The position numbers and the translations under genes were made by a program. A stretch of 37,865 nt of DNA from Acidimicrobiia bacterium (GTDB lineage: Bacteria; Actinomycetota; Acidimicrobiia; IMCC26256; DASPTH01), in contig DASUAS010000282.1 in assembly GCA_035763625.1 (NCBI GenBank), positions 1 to 37,865 on the forward strand, read 5' to 3'. The notes under the pieces were generated by a model. It was not told where the DNA came from. It saw only the letters and a list, made by a program, of their open reading frames with translations, and made no database searches. How positions within the stretch are numbered: position 1 is the stretch's first letter; each line of letters begins with the position of its first letter. Positions 36,457-37,865 of the stretch are shown here, piece by piece.

Positions 36457-37865
<1,409 letters not shown>

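Overview
This is a very GC-rich (about 70% by eye), gene-dense chromosomal segment that looks like an Actinomycetota core region. The evidence is wecA/rfe followed by the atp operon and later murA, as in mycobacteria, plus a mycothiol-type DinB enzyme and many leaderless-type gene starts. I call 44 protein-coding genes, two of them cut by the window edges. I see no rRNA, tRNA, CRISPR, transposase, integrase or phage genes, and no recognisable transcription-factor gene. In order the window holds: wecA (3' part); a complete F1Fo ATP synthase operon (atpZ-like, atpI, atpBEFHAGDC); a secreted glycoside-hydrolase-like protein; an ABC-2 exporter pair; glpX; an O-methyltransferase facing a translationally coupled GT4 / methyltransferase / (alpha/alpha)6-barrel operon; an S9 peptidase with an alpha/beta hydrolase; a hypothetical helical protein, a domain-only class III adenylate cyclase and murA; a small Cys protein; an SRPBCC protein; a NifU-like protein; meaB-hbd-enoyl-CoA hydratase; a DinB/MDMPI-like protein; a galT-SRPBCC pair; a single-cysteine LpdA-like flavoprotein; an alpha/beta hydrolase; a nitrilase; accA divergent from birA; pabB-pabC; and rmlD-ugd-uxs (3' truncated). 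The very long ORFs lying antisense to these genes in the six-frame track are GC-driven artefacts. My honest assessment is that this is mostly housekeeping DNA, and nothing resembles a defence island or a mobile element. The best candidates for something under-described are: (1) the GT4 / two-methyltransferase / alpha-alpha-barrel cluster at 12.4-16.2 kb, whose parts list matches the mycobacterial methylmannose-polysaccharide cluster; (2) unusual extensions on three ATP synthase subunits (b N-terminus, alpha C-terminus, gamma C-terminus), with RNA features flanking atpE; (3) a recurrent leaderless promoter/start module (TANNNT 6-8 nt before the start codon, including a near-identical TAGCCTG-N5-ATGC cassette used three times) and a recurrent GCGAGACTG motif; (4) the hypothetical protein / minimal cyclase / murA unit; (5) several palindromic operator candidates and short tandem repeats built around stop codons. 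All product calls rest on motif recognition by eye. No database search was possible.
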